Of a stretch of 64,000 bases of DNA, positions 60,129 through 64,000 are shown piece after piece. Origin of the DNA: Candidatus Sumerlaeia bacterium (GTDB lineage: Bacteria; Sumerlaeota; Sumerlaeia; SLMS01; JANRJK01); NCBI GenBank assembly GCA_033764015.1, contig JANRJK010000023.1, positions 64,001 to 128,000 on the forward strand. The letters are read 5' to 3'. How positions within the stretch are numbered: position 1 is the first letter of the stretch; each line of letters begins with the position of its first letter. A program made the position numbers and the translations under genes. The notes under the pieces were generated by a model. The model had not been told where the DNA came from and ran no database searches. It saw only the letters and a program-made list of their open reading frames with translations.

Positions 60129-61031
60129 CTACGCACCGAACAGCTCCCCCTGGTGCTCCGCCGCGCCGCGATGGTCCGGGAAGAGCGCCGGATAGCGCTG
60201 CGCCAGCGCGTCCGGCGGGGGGGGCGCGTCCATGCCGAGGGCCCGCGCCAACGCGAGCGCGTTCGCCAGGCCCTGCCCGCGGACGTGGTTGTTGAAGATG
60301 GCTTGGATCAGCTTGCCGCGGGGCAGGAGCGCCTTGATGCGCTCGGCCCAGTCGTGGATCTCTGCGGGAGTGTAGAGGTAGTCGTAGCGCGCGTCGCCCG
60401 CGCCGTCGCGCCACCAGTTCGCCGCGTTGCGCCCGTGGAAGCGGATGTACGCCACGGGGCCCGTCGCGACCAGCTCCGGCGGGATGTTGTGCGGCAGCGC
60501 CGGCTGGTCGATGCTGGCGAGCGTGGCGCCCCGCCGCTCGAGCTCCTCGAACACGCGCGGCTGCCACCAGCCCGCGTGGCGGAACTCGACGATGCGCGGG
60601 TGGGCGGCGAACTCGTCCAGCAGCCGCGCCACGTGCGCCCAGTGCGCCCCCGTCGCATGGAGCCGGAACGGGAACTGCAGGAGCAGGCCGTCGAAGCGGC
60701 CCGACTCCGCCAGCGCGTCGAGGAAGGCGTGCATCGCGCGGAGCTGCGCCGGGTCCGGGTCGCCGCCGATCGCGTCGTGCGAGAGGCCGCGGTAGAGCTT
60801 CGCGGTGAAGCGCAGCCGCGGCAGGTCCGCGGTGGCGGCGGTCCAGGCGCGGGCGTGCTCCGGCGCGGGGATGCGGTAGAAGCTGGCGTTCACCTCCGCC
60901 ACGGAGATCCACCGCGCGAGGTGGCGGAGCGGATGGAAGCCGGCGGGCTTGCGCGCGGGGTAGACGATGCCTTCCCAGTCGGCGTAGGACCAGCCGGCGG
61001 AGCCGAGCCGGACCTGCGCCGCCGCGGTCAC
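60129..61031 (-). CDS. DUF72 (YecE-like) domain protein
   Basis: GSAGWSYADW, EVNASFY, LLLQFP, VEFRHAGW, YIRFHGRN, YDYLY and FNNH. Confidence 0.9.
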   Translation of the reverse strand: MTAAAQVRLGSAGWSYADWEGIVYPARKPAGFHPLRHLARWISVAEVNASFYRIPAPEHARAWTAATADLPRLRFTAKLYRGLSHDAIGGDPDPAQLRAMHAFLDALAESGRFDGLLLQFPFRLHATGAHWAHVARLLDEFAAHPRIVEFRHAGWWQPRVFEELERRGATLASIDQPALPHNIPPELVATGPVAYIRFHGRNAANWWRDGAGDARYDYLYTPAEIHDWAERIKALLPRGKLIQAIFNNHVRGQGLANALALARALGMDAPPPPDALAQRYPALFPDHRGAAEHQGELFGA

Positions 61032-62164
61032 GGGCGGATCGCCTGGCGCGCCTCGAGGAAACGGTCGAGGTCGCGGTCGCGGACCATGCCGACGAGCGTT
61101 CTCCCGGAGAAGACCGGCAGGCCCCACGCGCGGCTCCCCTTCACCGCGAGGAACGTGGTCAGGCCGTCCGTCGCAGGCGCCAGCGACAGCGCGCGGTCGT
61201 ACGGCACCGCCAGCTCGACCGCGCGCAGCCAATCGACCCGGTGTGGGTCGAGCGCCTCGATGTCCTCGCGGAGCAGCCGCCCGACAAGGCGGTCCTCGTC
61301 GACCACCGGCAACTCGTACACCGCGCCCAAGGGGCGGAAGTACAACTCGAGCGCCTCGCGCGCGGTGGTCTCCGGCGGCACCACGACGCGGACCGGCCGC
61401 ATCAGGTCCGCCGCGCGCACGCGGTCGAAGGCGGCGTACAGCGCCGCGTTCGCGCCGCTCGACTTCGCCAACCGCATCAGGAACCAGCCGATGAAGATCG
61501 TGAACAGGCTCGACGTGTTGCCCATGGCGACGCCGATGGCGCCGAGCAGCATCAGGCCCACGGCGACCGCGATGCCGCCGCGCGCCGCGATCCGCGTCGC
61601 ACGCAGGTAGTCCCCGGTGGCGCTCCACACCGCCGCGCGGAGCATCCGCCCGCCGTCCATCGGAAAGCCCGGCAGCAGATTGAACAGGAAAAGCGCGAGG
61701 TTCAGGAACGCCGCACTGACGAGCAGCTCGGCGAAGAGCGGCGAGCGCTCCGCGAGCAGCAGCGCCAGCCCCGGCGCGCCGAAGGCCGCCGCGAGCGCCA
61801 CGGAAATCGCAGGGCCCGCCGCCGCGATCATGAACTCCTGGCCCGGCGTGCGCGGTTCGCGCCCGATCTGCGCCACCCCGCCGAACAGGAACAGCGAGAT
61901 GCGCTCCGTCGCGATCCCGTAGCGCCGCGCCATCAGCGCATGGCCGAACTCGTGCGCCAGCAGGCTGAGGAAGAACACCAGCGTGAGCCCCGCCCCCGCG
62001 ATCCACACGACCGGCGAGCCCGCCGCGAGACCCTCCACCCGCTCCGGCAGCGAACGCGCCTGCATCCACGCCACGAAGGCGAACAGGAAGAACCAGCTCC
62101 ATTGGAGCTGCACCGGGATCCCGAAGAGCTTGCCGACACGGAGGCCGGACTCATTGCCGAACAT
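61028..62164 (-). CDS. Site-2 protease family (M50) metalloprotease with CBS domains
   Basis: HEFGH, AGPAIS and FNLLPGFPMDGGR; C-terminal CBS pair. Confidence 0.93.
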   Translation of the reverse strand: MFGNESGLRVGKLFGIPVQLQWSWFFLFAFVAWMQARSLPERVEGLAAGSPVVWIAGAGLTLVFFLSLLAHEFGHALMARRYGIATERISLFLFGGVAQIGREPRTPGQEFMIAAAGPAISVALAAAFGAPGLALLLAERSPLFAELLVSAAFLNLALFLFNLLPGFPMDGGRMLRAAVWSATGDYLRATRIAARGGIAVAVGLMLLGAIGVAMGNTSSLFTIFIGWFLMRLAKSSGANAALYAAFDRVRAADLMRPVRVVVPPETTAREALELYFRPLGAVYELPVVDEDRLVGRLLREDIEALDPHRVDWLRAVELAVPYDRALSLAPATDGLTTFLAVKGSRAWGLPVFSGRTLVGMVRDRDLDRFLEARQAIRP

Positions 62165-62261
62165 GTCACTCCGCCGAGTGGGCTATAGCCGCCGGGGCGC
62201 GGTTGCACCCTCTGCGGCTGGTCCGCACCGTGCAAGAGGCTTGCCGAAAGGAAACACGGAA

Positions 62262-62795
62262 ATGCCCATCATCACCTTCCGCGACATCGCCCCCGCAATC
62301 CACCCGAGCGCCTTCGTCGCGCCCAACGCCACCATCATCGGCATGGTCGAACTCGCCGAGGATGTGTCGATCTGGTACACCGCCGTCCTCCGCGGCGACG
62401 TCGAGCCGATCCGCGTCGGCGCCCGCTCGAACGTCCAGGACGGCTCGGTCCTCCACACGGACCGGGGCTTCCCGTGCGTGCTGGGCGAGGAGGTCACCGT
62501 GGGCCACATGGCGTGCGTGCATGGCTGCGTGGTCGGCAAGGGGTCGCTGATCGGCATCCATGCGACCGTGCTGACCGGCGCCGAGCTCGGCGAGGGCTGC
62601 GTGGTCGGCGCCGGCGCCGTCGTGCCGGAGCACAAGAAGTTCCCCCCGCGGTCGCTCATCCTCGGCGTGCCCGGCAAGGTGGTCCGCGAGGTCACGCCGG
62701 AGGAGGCGGAGCGCTTCGCCCGCGGCATGCGGCACTACGTCGAGAACGGCCGGGCGCACCGGGCGCTGTCGGACGAGTGGCGCCGGGCGGAGTGA
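62262..62795 (+). CDS. Gamma carbonic anhydrase family protein
   Basis: VLRGD, SNVQDGSVLH, VTVGH and HGC hexapeptide repeats. Confidence 0.93.
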   Translation: MPIITFRDIAPAIHPSAFVAPNATIIGMVELAEDVSIWYTAVLRGDVEPIRVGARSNVQDGSVLHTDRGFPCVLGEEVTVGHMACVHGCVVGKGSLIGIHATVLTGAELGEGCVVGAGAVVPEHKKFPPRSLILGVPGKVVREVTPEEAERFARGMRHYVENGRAHRALSDEWRRAE

Positions 62796-62823
62796 ACCCG
62801 CCGCCCGGCGCGCGCCCCAGCCG

Positions 62824-63900
<1,077 letters not shown>

Positions 63901-64000
63901 GGGTGTCGTTTCCTCACTGTTTCGCCTTTGTTACGCTGTCCGCCGGAGCGGACGCAAGGGAAACCGGCGGCCCGTCAGCGCAGCCGCGTCTCGTGCGGAT

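Overview
A very GC-rich diderm bacterial chromosome segment with about 55 protein genes and one tRNA-Pro(CGG). The LPS heptosyltransferase, HPr kinase, Hanks kinase and FHA/PP2C proteins suggest a PVC- or Sumerlaeota-like lineage, but that is inference only. Most genes are housekeeping: aroB, aspS, hprK, accBC, dapD, ACAD-etfBA, pckA, ispE, ctpA, prmA, gndA, gluQ, hscA-fdx and recA. Accessory DNA sits in three small islets. (i) A secreted two-repeat protein and an MmeI-like Type IIG/IIL R-M enzyme lie downstream of aroB. (ii) A 641-bp islet behind tRNA-Pro encodes an unannotated 54-aa hydrophobic peptide with a structured leader. (iii) hicB-hicA and an McrA-like HNH nuclease lie behind an M42/M28 peptidase. 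The main observation is that in all three islets the proximal cargo is bracketed by a diverged direct repeat of the 3' end of the upstream core gene (33, 33 and 53 bp). No integrase or transposase is present in the window, and in two cases a second defence gene lies beyond the left-over gene end, suggesting repeated gene-end-anchored accretion of cargo. Other notable items: a low-GC specificity block inside the R-M gene, a Rok/H-NS-like coiled-coil plus basic-domain protein, an orphan microcompartment-type flavoprotein in the accBC operon, and a degenerate CobA-HemD fusion. All calls come from reading the sequence and motifs; no database searches were run.
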